The notes under the pieces are model-generated. The model ran no database searches, was not told the DNA's origin, and saw only the letters and a list, made by a program, of their open reading frames with translations. DNA of 63,027 nt, the filler included, from Octopus bimaculoides (Eukaryota), in NCBI RefSeq assembly GCF_001194135.2. It is 4 parts of 3 records of this genome, joined end to end, with 100 filler letters (N's around TTAATTAATTAA, not from the genome) between each part and the next. Parts side by side here need not be neighbours in the genome. Positions count along the whole stretch, not along the records: positions 1 to 29,902 come from NC_068984.1; 3 more parts are not named here. One strand, written 5' to 3'. A program made the translations under genes and the position numbers. Positions 1-11,239 of the stretch are shown piece by piece. Within the stretch, counting starts at the first letter, position 1; every line of letters begins with the position of its first letter.

Positions 1-40
<40 letters not shown>

Positions 41-42
41 TA

Positions 43-399
43 CAGTGTACCCCCACTTATTCGCGGTCCCGGTTACTCGCGAACTAATAATTGTTCGCGG
101 AAACCACCGCATATTCACGGAATCGTAAATATCGTCCGCGATTTCTTATGGCGTATTCCGTGGCAATATATACTTTTTCACACTTTTTAAGGTTAAATTA
201 TTAATAGCAATATACCGTATTTGCCACCTTACTATATCTTGTATCTCTTATTCGTGCTTTCAATCAAAGCTTGCTAATTAGTATAGCGACATCTATCTAT
301 ATTTCACACATACACTCTCTCTCCTCCCACTGTATTTGTCTCTCAACAACAGCCTCTCATTGTAGTGAACGTATATATATATATGTGTGTATATATATA

Positions 400-440
<41 letters not shown>

Positions 441-2841
441 CATACATGCACACATATATACAGTGTATTTGCACCAGTATTACTTGGGTTACGGATGACA
501 GATCAAAGATATATACAACACAAGACTGAACGTTAATCGCTACATTGGATCATACACATTGTTTATTTCAACAGGATAAATTTTTAAGGTCATGAGCCAA
601 GCCTAATTAAAATTCGGTTATTTGCTGCCCCCCACTCTCTCTCTTATTATTATTATTATTGTTGTTGTTGTTGTTGTTGTTGTTATATAGATTACTGTAT
701 CTAATGGTAATACAAACTAAATTTTTCAAAACCATAATTTTTAAAAATCTCTCCTCAGTCTCCCATTGGTGGTATGCGTATATTAGACGAAAGGAAGATT
801 TAGTAGGTTTTTGGGGTAAAAACTGCGTTCAGTAGCTATCTCGAGTATTTTGTTGAGTGCTGTGTTTTTCGGAGCGTGTTATAAAAGCCCTACCATGCCG
901 CCCAAACGCCCTGCACCTTCTGAGGCTTCTGGCAGTGAACCTAAGCGCCATAAAAAGGTTATGATGCTCCATGAGAAGGTACAATTGCTGGATATGTTCT
1001 GGGAAGGTAAATTTATGCTGCAGTAGGTCGCTATTATATTGTCAACGAAAGCACCATATGCTACATAAAGAAGAACAAGGTGGCGATCAGGACTACCGTA
1101 GCAGTAAGTTTCTGTGAAAGTGCCAAAAAGATAACGATAGTGAGAAATAAGCATTTCGTCAGGATGGAATCTGGCTTGGCATTGTGGATCAGTGACTGCA
1201 AGAAGAAAAACAACACTTGAGCGGTAACATCATTCGCGAAAAAGCACGGAAATTATGCCAGCAGTTCGAGAGAGGATATGGAGCAGAAGGCACCGAAGAA
1301 CCGCAACCAAGACCATTGACAGCACTGGAGCCCGAACGTTTCCAGAAACGGTTGAAAATAACATGTGTTTCCCTGCATGGAGAGACAGCATCAGCCGACA
1401 AAGAAGCAGCTGAGAAGTACCTCGAGACCTTCAGGCAGATCAGCGAGGACAAGGGATACAAGCCGTAATAGGTTTTCAATATGGTCCAGATTGGCTTGTT
1501 CTGGAAGAAGATGGCTTCCAGAACGTGCATCATGAAGGATGAAGCCAGAACCCCAGGATTTAAGGCACAGAAGGACAAAGTGATGCTAATTATGTGTGAC
1601 AATGCTGCTGGCTTCATGATGAAACCAGGATTTATCTACAAGTCTGCGAACCCGAGGACCTTCAAAAATAAGAATTATAACCTGCTGCTTGTCCACTGGA
1701 TGCACAACCACAAAGGCCTAAATTATCAAATGTTTAACTTTGAATTGGTTCCACCAATGCTTCATCCCTCAAGCCAAGGAATACCTCCAAAACGTATACA
1801 TGGAATTCAAGGTGTTACTTGTTATGGATAATGCTGGTGGTCACTCTTTGGATCTGAATCACGAGGGAGTCCAAGTCGAGTTCCTCTCTGCCAACATCCA
1901 CCTCTGTATCAAGGCGTGATTCGTGCCTTCAAGGCATTTTACATTCGGAACTCTCGAACACCTTGTGGACGCAATGGATTCGGACGAGAATTTCAAGTTA
2001 AAGGAATACTGGCGTAACTTTATGATCGCAACGTGCCTGTCAGTCATCCACACTGCTCTTAAAGACACGAAAACAGAAACCCTCATCGCATACTGGACGA
2101 ATGTGTGGCCAGAGTGTGGCCAGGACTATGAAAGCTTCTCACCTGAAGATATTCAGCACGAAGCTGTCAACAATGCAGTGAAACTGGCAAAGGTACTTGG
2201 CGAAGGGTTTAACGACATCACGCGAGATGAAGTCAACGACCTCATCGACACCCACTCTGAAACCCTGACAGACGAAGATTTGTTGGAGTTAACGGAGTCT
2301 GCAAGCAAAGAGGAGGATGAGGTGGGCCTGGCAGTTGAACATCTGCCCGACCTTTTAAGGACAGCAAAGGAATTGCAAGGGAAGGCGGAAGCATGGAATT
2401 TCTATATGGTTCGGTCTCTCCAATTTAAAAATGCCATTGATGCTGCTATGCAGATATATAAAACTCTCCTCACCACCATGAAGAAACAACAACAGCAACT
2501 TTCCATCACAATTTCCCTCAAGGCCACCAAAAAAGCCTTGCACGAAGATACGACATCCCCTAAAACACCTGAAGAAGATGCGTCACCAGAAGAGCTTTAA
2601 ATCTTCTTTGTTGTGCAGTCATTACCTTCATTATTTTTATCATCATCATTTTAAATCAATATCATTTATTATTGGTGAGTAACCGTACATTTTACTTAAT
2701 TTTTTATTAAATTACTATTAAATATATATATATATATTGACATTTATAGGCATTTTTATGGACCATGTCCAATATTCGAGGTTTTTCACTATTCGCGGGT
2801 GCCCTGGGAACGTAACCCCCACAAATACTGGGGGACTATTG
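43..2841 (+). mobile_element. Full-length decayed Tigger/pogo DNA transposon
   Basis: Left end TA|CAGTGTACCCCCACTTATTCGCGG at 43. The right end reverse-complements to CAATAGTCCCCCAGTATTTGTGGG and is followed by TA (2842-2843). A Tigger-type transposase lies inside. Confidence 0.85.
895..2600 (+). pseudogene. Tigger/TIGD-like transposase (CENP-B-type HTH plus DDE_1), frameshifted with stops
   Basis: Starts MPPKRPAPSEASGSEPKRHKKVMMLHEKVQLLDM. Later frames give VFNMVQIGLFWKKMASRTCIMKDEARTPGFKAQKDKVMLIMCDNAAG (cf. FNxDETGLFWK...GFKAxKDR) and the acidic C-terminus ELIDTHSETLTDEDLLEL. Confidence 0.85.
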
Positions 2842-3539
2842 TATTCACTTGTGTGTGTGTGAATGGATAATATAATTATTCTTTTATTTTTTCATGTTTC
2901 AGCCTTGAAGCTGCGGCCAAGCCGAGGCACCGTCAGCAAAATATAATGTGTGTGTGTGTTTAATCACACACTCATTCCCACATGCGCGCGCGCATTTACA
3001 TTCAGATTTAGCGGCCATTGTTAAGCAATGCGGAAGAGTTTCACTTTAAGTAACGTTTTAGCTGTTTAGTTGGCTATCAGGACAGGAGGAAGCTATTATA
3101 ATAGCAGGGAAATACCTTAGTGAACTAGTTCAGGCCATCCTGTTGTGAAGTCATACCACATTCACACACCCACACAATTTAGTGAGAATGCGATCTCTCT
3201 TTCTTTTTCTCCCTCTCTCTTTTCTCTCTCTTTGTCTCCTTTCCCTTTCTCTTTATATACAATTGTATATCCCTTCGTTCATTTTTTTCCCTTTAATTTC
3301 GCTTTTTCTTTCACTTTTTGACACTATTTTTGTTTTCTTTTTAAAATTTTCTCTTCGTTTTCACTGATTCTATTTTTTTCCTTTTAATTTTATTATTACC
3401 AGAAATCATCATTCATACTTTTCAATGACCTTATTTCCTTTTTCGAAGTTCATCTTTTTGTTCCTTACCCTCCCTCTTATTTATCGTGTAATTTCACATA
3501 CTTTTGTCGATTGTTGTCTATTAAATTAACTGTTTATAT

Positions 3540-3780
3540 TCTTTTCTTTTAATTTCACTTTGTTTATTCTAATTTATGTTCATAGTGTATCTGTCAACTG
3601 TAAATGTTAAAACTGATACTGTCAGTTTCGCGTGGTTTTTATATAAATTGCTAAAACATTGGTGATATACAATCACATATTTGTAACGGTGATACCATCT
3701 ATCAGAAGAACCTGTAAATAATGTTATCGATACATTTTTTTGTTTGATGCCGGTTATTAATGCCCTTGACAATGTCAATA
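3540..3780 (-). mobile_element. Degenerate Penelope-like GIY-YIG endonuclease fragment
   Basis: ORF 3569-3778 FTGSSDRWYHRY..HQCFSNLYKNHAKLTVSVLT resembles the PLE motif YIG..EG.FK.RY.NH..SF....Y.N.T.LS.YIW. Confidence 0.45.
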
Positions 3781-4080
3781 ATCACGTATACTCGTTAATG
3801 TTGAGATTATCAATCATGTATACTCGTTTATGTTGACATCGCCAGCCACATGTGCTTGTTAATACTGATGACATCAGTCATGTATACATGTTAGAAATAA
3901 TAGCCAAATCTCTATAAAATTACTCCCTTCTAAATTTATAAAGGACATTGGCTGATGTGATCCTAGATGCACAATGCTTGAGAGGACAAGATGTTCATTA
4001 GTTGACAAAGTCAAGATTGAACTGGAGCTAAACAACATATTTTATACTATCAACCATATCCATTAGTTAATATTTGGTAT

Positions 4081-4293
4081 AAGACTGTGAGCTGGCAGAA
4101 TCATTAGCACACCAAGCAAAATGCTTAGTAGCATTTCATCCATCTTTACAATCTGAGTTCAAATTCCACTGAAATTAACTTTACCTTTTATCCTTTCGGG
4201 GTTGATAAAATAGTACCAGTTGAGCACTGGGGTCGATGTAATTTACTTAGTCCTTCCCTTGAAGTTGCTAGCCTTGTGCCAAAATTTGAAACC
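4081..4293 (+). mobile_element. tRNA-derived SINE, family A (~220 bp)
   Basis: Head GAGCTGGCAGAATCATTAGC, B-box-like GAGTTCAAATTCC, central CCTTTTATCCTTTCGGGGTTGATAAAATAGTACCAG, tail TTGTGCCAAAATTTGAAACC. The same sequence recurs many times in the window. Confidence 0.8.
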
Positions 4294-4814
4294 AACAGAG
4301 CAGTGATTTGAAACCTAACCACTAGATAATTGGTCGGATACTACAAGCGAACCACCATAGTTTCGTATGATCAGTCTATTAATCAAATGATGAATGTGAA
4401 GCTGTAGCATGATATAGTTTTCTCAGACGTTCTCGAATTTGGCTTCTGGTTTCCTATAAAGACCACTTTTAGTACTTTTTTAATCAGTGTTGAAGGTAGC
4501 CAACCAACATGCACCTCTGCTCTTGCTACATTGATGATTCTAGACTCTTGCACAGAAAACTCCGGGTTCTCAGACTAACCAAACTGAACATTCACACAAT
4601 GTCTCATAAGTCAACATCTATTCCTGCCAGGAATTATTAATATTGTTCATTGTAAATAGTCAACACCAAATGTCCAGTAATAAATATTCAGTTAAATGTT
4701 TGCAAGTTGCTTCAGTTATTATTCATGCAGCTAACAAAATATACCTTCATTTCCTTGCTACCCAAGCAATTAAGCCACTTTGCCACACCAATATTTGATA
4801 TAAAAATGAGGGCA

Positions 4815-4995
4815 GTGGTCTAGCAGAGATGGTAGAGTGTCACACAACTTTGGTATTCTGAATTCAAATCATATCAGAGTTGGCTTTGTCTCTCATCCTT
4901 CAGGGGTTGATAAAATAAGTACTTTCAAATAATGGAAATATTTTAACTACCCCACCCCCAACAAAAGTTGTGGCCTTATCTGATATTAGAAATCA
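4815..4995 (+). mobile_element. Degraded SINE family A copy
   Basis: CTGAATTCAAATC...CATCCTTCAGGGGTTGATAAAATAAGTAC matches the family A core. Confidence 0.6.
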
Positions 4996-5559
4996 ATATT
5001 TGTTATAAGAATAACTAAAATGATGGCAATCATAATGATGTCACTGGATGCTTGCCGTCACTCAATTTGAGCTGATCAATGAAGATATATTTTGTTGGCT
5101 GTGTGAATTATAACTGAAATAAACTCATGAACATTTAACTGAATATTTATTGCTGGACATGAAGATATTTGGTGTTGGTTGTTTACAATGAACAATATTT
5201 ATAACTGCTGACTGAGAGGAAGAAAAAATGCTCTGAAATTATAAAAAGCTATCTGTGTGACAACGTGGTCAGTCCAAAAATACATGAAGTCATATACACA
5301 AATCTCCATGGCGACAGAGGTCTGTTGGTTATCATTGCTCTAAGCTATGTGCCAAATAGTTTTTATAAAGCACATAGAGGTTCTGGAGCAATCAAGAAAA
5401 CCATATCATGTCACAGTCTCATGTTGATTGGTCAATTCATTGACTGATCATGTGAAACTATGGTAGTTCACTTGTGGTGTCTGACCGAGTATCCAGCAGT
5501 TAAGTTTCAAATCGATACTACAATGTTATGTAGATAATAGTGATTAAATGGTAACAGAG

Positions 5560-6745
5560 ATAGATATTGGATATAGCTGAGACAGTTATTTGTTTATCTA
5601 TTTTGCTTGTTATATAGTGCAGTTTGTGAACAAGAGCTTTGTTGGTTAAATCAGTTTCACTGCATTTCTGACAGCAAAGGTGGCAAGAGATTATCAATGG
5701 TTTTACAGTTTCTGCATCATTAAACTACTCGGCTTTCCTTGATATTGGATTTCCTATCTCCTCTAACTCTGTACTATGTGTAGTTCATTATATAACCTCA
5801 TCCTTCTTTAAATTCTTTAAACTCCTTATTGATAGGTAGCACTCTACTTTACTATAACTTCAAATCCATAAAGGGTTGATTTTATTTGATGGCCTTCATA
5901 CCCCACCCCTGCTTTCAACCAATATCCACTGAATATCCCTAAATTTCTGTTTCTGTCCCCCTCCCCTGGTCATTTACCATTAGCTAGAGATTCCTATACC
6001 CTGACCCTGTACCTGATTGGCTTATATGCTTTTATTTTTTTTATTTTTCCTTTACCCTTACGATTGATTTATTATTTCTTCCCCCCCCCCCGTATCCTTA
6101 ATTGTTTTATGACCTCTCCTTACTTCCCATTACTCTACTCCTACTAAAATAAATTATCTCCTACACTCCACTTCAGTCTACCCATAATCTAGTCTAGCAG
6201 ACTCCTCACCAGAATCACTGACCTTAGATATCATATTACACACTTTCAAGAACTACATACTTAACTTAAACAGCCAACATAGTTAGTCACTCTCCTGTTT
6301 CATAGTTGGCCTCGATAGACTCTAGCCATATCCCTGCTGTATTCTTGGGATATTCTTTTGTTTTGTAAAATTACTTCTCCTCTGATGATTACGGTCTTTT
6401 ATAAAGATGAAATGTTCTCATTCTTCTATTAACAGTTACGTAAGAAACAGCTGTAATGAGCTGACAATTATCCATCGTATGTTATTATTCATTTGATAAA
6501 ATAACACCAAGGGATTTTATGACTTGTTGGACACCCTAGAGTATACCAGCAATGTACTATTCAAAATAATGTGTGATTTGGACCAGCCCCTTAGGCGCTA
6601 AATACTCATAGGATTGGTTTACTTTGTGTACACAACCGAAATATCCTATTTGATATTTCGAATCTCACCAACCATAGGCCAAAACCAAAGAGATTACTCA
6701 ACCCTACCTGGTGCATACCTTTTCAAGTACCTGATTCTATCTGAA
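5560..6745 (+). mobile_element. Decayed Penelope-like element: EN remnant, pseudo-LTR, and start of a second EN remnant
   Basis: Contains a hammerhead motif (6377-6460), followed by TSNVLFKIMCD (cf. GIY-YIG C.S.NVIY.I.C). Boundaries are approximate. Confidence 0.45.
6377..6460 (+). ncRNA. Type I hammerhead ribozyme motif with intact catalytic core
   Basis: CTGATGA (6382-88), stem II TTACG/CGTAA (6389-93/6439-43), GAAAC (6444-48), palindromic loop AGCT, GTA cleavage triplet (6453-55), stem I CTCCT/ATGAG (4 of 5 pairs). Confidence 0.7.
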
Positions 6746-6776
6746 TCCTCATTTTACTATATATATATGTATATAT

Positions 6777-7360
6777 CATCATCATCATCATTGTCATTTA
6801 ATGTCTACTTTCCATGCTGGCATGGGTTGGATGGTTTGACTGAGGGATGGTGAGCCAGAAGGCTGCACCAGGCTCCAATCTGATCTGGTAAAGTTTCTAC
6901 AGCTGGATACCCTTCCTAATGCCAACCACTCCGGAAGTGTAGTGGGTGCTTTAATGTGCCACCGGCATGAGGGCTAGTCAGGCGGTACTGGCAACAACCA
7001 CGCTTGAATGGTGCTTTTTATGTGCTACCGGCACAGGAGCCAGTCAGGCAGCACTGGCATAGGCCACAGTTATGGTCTCACTTGGCTTGCTGGGTCTTCT
7101 CAAGCACAGCATATCTCTAAAGATCTCGGTCACTTGTCATTGCTTCGGAGAGGCCCAATGTTCGAAGATCATGCTTCACCACCTCATCCCAGGTCTTCCT
7201 GGGTCTACCTCTTCCACAGGTTCCCTCAACTGCTAGGGTGTGACACTTTTTCAAACAGCTGTCCTCATCCATTCGCAACACATGACCATACCAGTGCAGA
7301 CGTCTCTCTTGCACACCACATCTGATGCTTCTTATGTCCAGCTTTTTCTCAGGGTGCTTA
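6777..7360 (-). mobile_element. RTE-clade LINE family B, 3' end (RT C-terminus, 3'UTR, (GAT)n tail)
   Basis: RRLHWYGHVLRMDEDSCLKKCHTLAVEGTCGRGRPRKTWDEVVKHDL. The UTR matches the copies at 23.6, 28.9 and 40.6 kb. Confidence 0.85.
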
Positions 7361-7361
7361 C

Positions 7362-7398
<37 letters not shown>

Positions 7399-7475
7399 CA
7401 TATATATNNNNNNNNNNNNNNNNNNNNNNNNNNNNNNNNNNNNNNNNNNNNNNNNNNNNNNNNNNNNNNNNNNNN

Positions 7476-7520
<45 letters not shown>

Positions 7521-7609
7521 ATATAAATGTATATATATATATCATCATCATCATCGTTTAACATCTGCTTTCCATGCTAACATAGCACATGCACATTATG
7601 GGCTTCAAA

Positions 7610-7935
7610 ACACAGGCTGCGGTGAATAAATCGTTGTCTAAAGTACACAAAAATTATAATAACACTGACATCTCATTTTAACAGATATATTTACCAAAAT
7701 TACATTAAGATATCTTGGAATACTAAAGATTAACTTTATTCAATAAAATCGCCATTGGCTTTAACCATGCCCTCCAGATGACTTCAGAATCTCCTGCAAC
7801 TCTTCTGGACAGTCGCCTTGTTTAAGTTGATGAATGCTGCCATAATCCTTGGCTTCAGTTCATCTTTGTTGTTTCAAGAAGTTTTGTTGGTCTCTCCCTC
7901 AACTGTGCTGTACACATAATAATCAAGAGGTTTGC
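7610..7935 (-). mobile_element. Tc1/maT-like transposon 3' fragment
   Basis: Manual translation gives SKPLDYYVYSTVEGETNKTS*NNKDELKPRIMAAFINLNKATVQKSCRRF*SHLEGMVKANGDFIE*, a Tc1-superfamily C-terminus. TIR-like CAGGCTGCGGTGAATAAAT near 7613. Confidence 0.75.
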
Positions 7936-7954
7936 TGTCTGCATGATAATTAGT

Positions 7955-8450
7955 AAAACAGTTCAGTTCAAATCATGCTTTGATCATAAAACACCTTCAT
8001 GAACTAGGAAAAGTATTTAAACTTGGTCAGTGGGTTCCTCGTCACCTCACTGTTACTTAGCTTAATCAAAGAGTTTCCTTCAGTTCATGGTTGAAATAAG
8101 CTTGCTGCCAAACATTTCATAAACAGAATCATCACAAGTGATAAAAAAGGAGAATTCATCCCTAAACTAGGACTACATCTGTGTTGGTGGTATATGTAGG
8201 GTGTCGTCTATCATGAAGTGCTAAACTGAAATGAAACAATTAATGTGGAAAAGTATTATCATCAATTGGAAGCACTGCACAAAAATTTGCAGAAGAAATG
8301 CCCATCAATGGTCAATCATAAAGGGACATTGTTCTTAGACAATAATTTAAAAACATATATATTGCCAAAGTTATTCAGGAAAACATTATGGTACTAACTA
8401 TGTAAGTTTTGCCTCATCTTCCGTACTCTTCTGATTTTTCTCTATCTGAC
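7955..8450 (+). mobile_element. mariner transposase remnant, internally deleted
   Basis: IKHLHELGKVFKLGQWVPRHL, then frameshifted ITSD, LCWW..GVVYHEVL..NETIN.EKY.HQLEALHKNLQKKCPSMVNHKGTLFL and LPHLPYSSDFS. Confidence 0.75.
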
Positions 8451-8454
8451 AAGC

Positions 8455-9447
8455 AATGCATTGGTCCAGACACGTTTTCCACTGTTTGAAGCAGTTCTGG
8501 AACTCTTGTGAAGTGACGCTTTTATCACCTAGATCGTTTTTTTCTTCACCTCTTCTACATCTGCAAAACGTTTTCCTTTAAGGGCATTTTTAATTCGGGA
8601 GAACAAAAAAAAGTTGCAGTCGCAGGGAGCAAGAATGGGTTCATGCCATTTTTGGTCAAATCTGTCACACACCCAAGACAGTGTATGCAGGCACTTTTTG
8701 GGGGAGAGGTGACATTGAATGCTTCCATTGACTTGATTGCTGCTTCAATTTCGGGTCATAGCCATAGCACCAGCTTTCATTGCCAGTGATGACTTTCAAA
8801 AAAAGGTCAGGATCAACTTCCAACTGTTCTGTCAGTTCACGATACACATTCAGCTGTGACTGCTTTTGATCCTCCGTGAGCAAGCGAGGCACAAATTTTG
8901 CTGCAACTCTTTTCATTCACAATCCCTCACTCAAAATTCATTGGCAAAAGCTCCAGGACACACCAGGCATATCAACAAGTTCGTCAATTGCTTGGCGATG
9001 GTCCTCCAAGATCAATTCATGAATTTTCATGATGTTTTCACTCATTCAGAAGGTCAATGGTTGCCCTGAAAGAGGTTGGTCTTCAAGTAACAAGTGATCA
9101 TTCCCAAAGCATGAACACCACTTGTAAACTTGTGTTTTGCTCATGGTAGTGTCCTTGTAAGCTGTTTGAAGCATGAGAACTGTTTTGGTTGCCGTTTCCC
9201 CCAGCAGAAAACAGAATTTCATGGAAGCACAATGTTCCTTTGTTTCAGCCATTGCAAAAATCAACAAACAGGAGAGAAGCACTACAAAGCAAAGACACAC
9301 CATGTGGCAGTATGACCTCAGTTGAACATATTGGTTGGCAGACTGATGCCTGAGGGTCACATCAAGTGGATTCTAGTGGTGGAAGTCTAAACTACAACTG
9401 GCATGCCCCATAGAGAACGTTTCCAGTTACTTTTAAGTACCCCCTTG
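8455..9447 (-). mobile_element. mariner element with 5' TIR, decayed transposase
   Basis: TA|CAAGGGGGTACTTAAAAGT end at 9447. ORFs MAETKEHCASMKFCFLLGETATKTVLMLQTAYKD and MKRVAAKFVPRLLTEDQK...VITGNESWCYGYDP, plus a C-terminal DLAPCD-like remnant near 8620. Confidence 0.85.
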
Positions 9448-10327
9448 TATATATATATATAGACAAAGAAAAAGAGGAAGATAGCAAAAACTGCTTCCTT
9501 ACATGTTGAAAATAGATGTTCAAATAAACATCCACGATTTGCTTTGATATGAAATAGCTGTAAAAAGCAGGCAAGATGAATATAAATTTATTTCAAAATT
9601 ACAGTGGCTTAATAGTGTACTACAGTTTCAAGTTTAACATTCAAATTAAATAAATTAATTTTTAAAATTGATTTAATTCAAATTTGGCCTGTATTACTCT
9701 CTTCAGCACTATATACCTATATGTACGAAAAATATGTGTAATTTTAAAACATTACCTTATTCATCCACAGCTATTCGAAGTTCAAGGTGTATAAACATTT
9801 TCAAAAAGTTAGAGGGTAAGAAAGTNNNNNNNNNNNNNNNNNNNNNNNNNNNNNNNNNNNNNNNNNNNNNNNNNNNNNNNNNNNNNNNNNNNNNNNNNNN
9901 NNNNNNNNNNNNNNNNNNNNNNNNNNNNNNNNNNNNNNNNNNNNNNNNNNNNNNNNNNNNNNNNNNNNNNNNNNNNNNNNNNNNNNNNNNNNNNNNNNNN
10001 NNNNNNNNNNNNNNNNNNNNNNNNNNNNNNNNNNNNNNNNNNNNNNNNNNNNNNNNNNNNNNNNNNNNNNNNNNNNNNNNNNNNNNNNNNNNNNNNNNNN
10101 NNNNNNNNNNNNNNNNNNNNNNNNNNNNNNNNNNNNNNNNNNNNNNNNNNNNNNNNNNNNNNNNNNNNNNNNNNNNNNNNNNNNNNNNNNNNNNNNNNNN
10201 NNNNNNNNNNNNNNNNNNNNNNNNNNNNNNNNNNNAGACTAGTAACAAATGAGATTGGCTGTATGATGGTGATGCTTGTTTAGAATCATCATATGATGTC
10301 AAGACAAGGAGGAGACATGAATACACA

Positions 10328-10366
<39 letters not shown>

Positions 10367-10369
10367 TGA

Positions 10370-10500
10370 TATATAATGGGCTTCTTTCAGTTTTCTTTTA
10401 CAAAACTCACTCATAAGGCTTTGGTTGGTCTGGGGCTATAGCAGAAATCACTTGCTAAAGGTGCCATGCAATGAGACTGAACCTGGAGACCACAATTTTG
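10370..10500 (-). mobile_element. tRNA-derived SINE family B, 5' part
   Basis: Reverse complement of the head GGTTCAGTCCCACTGCGTGGCACCTTGGGCAAGTG...CTATAGCC seen at 23.0 and 24.3 kb. Confidence 0.7.
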
Positions 10501-10989
10501 GCACTTCCAGCACTGATGCCAAGCATCACTGATGCATCCAAGGAATGTCCACATTATTTGGGCCCCCACACTGAAACAGACTCTGTTCCTCATCTTTCAT
10601 GCAGCCACTACACCAAATTGTATGCATCTATAACTTCTCCAACCAAACAGCAACTATTTTATTGAGGATTTGTTCTTTACTCTAAGTTTTAGTCTTCCTC
10701 TCACATACATCTCTCAAACTTATGATGCAGTATTTTCTGCTTCCCTATCTGAGTCAAGAATCACCAAATTGCTGTTCTTTCTTAGTCTGATTCCAGTCAA
10801 GTATAATGCAGTAGATGTAGCCACCAACCCACAATGTCCCATCTTTATTGAGAGAACTGTATACTGCTATCCTTTCACCTAATATGATTCATTAAATCTT
10901 TCATGTTTAAGGCTCTTCCTTTCATGTACCTATTCCTTATTACCTTCCCAAGGTGCCATCAACTCAAAATCAGAATTCTTTTCTTCAAG

Positions 10990-11180
10990 TCAGACTATGA
11001 TGTGAGGTCAGGATACTGGCACTCTGTCGTTTACAACAATGAGTGTTTCAATTGATCAGTTCAACAAAATAGCCTACTCATGAAATTAACATGCAAGTGG
11101 CTGAGCACTCCACTGACACATGTACCCTTAATGTAGTTTTCAGGGAAATTCAGTGTGGCAGAGAAAATGCTATAGCTGAC
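10990..11180 (-). mobile_element. SINE family C, 3' part
   Basis: Matches the reverse complement of 55045-55195 (GCTGAATATCCCCGAGAACTACGTTAAGGGTACAC...GAGTGCCA). Confidence 0.7.
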
Positions 11181-11239
11181 CTTTTGAATTATAGACACCA
11201 CTCATTTTTGCCATCTGAATGGACTGAAGTCAGACCACT

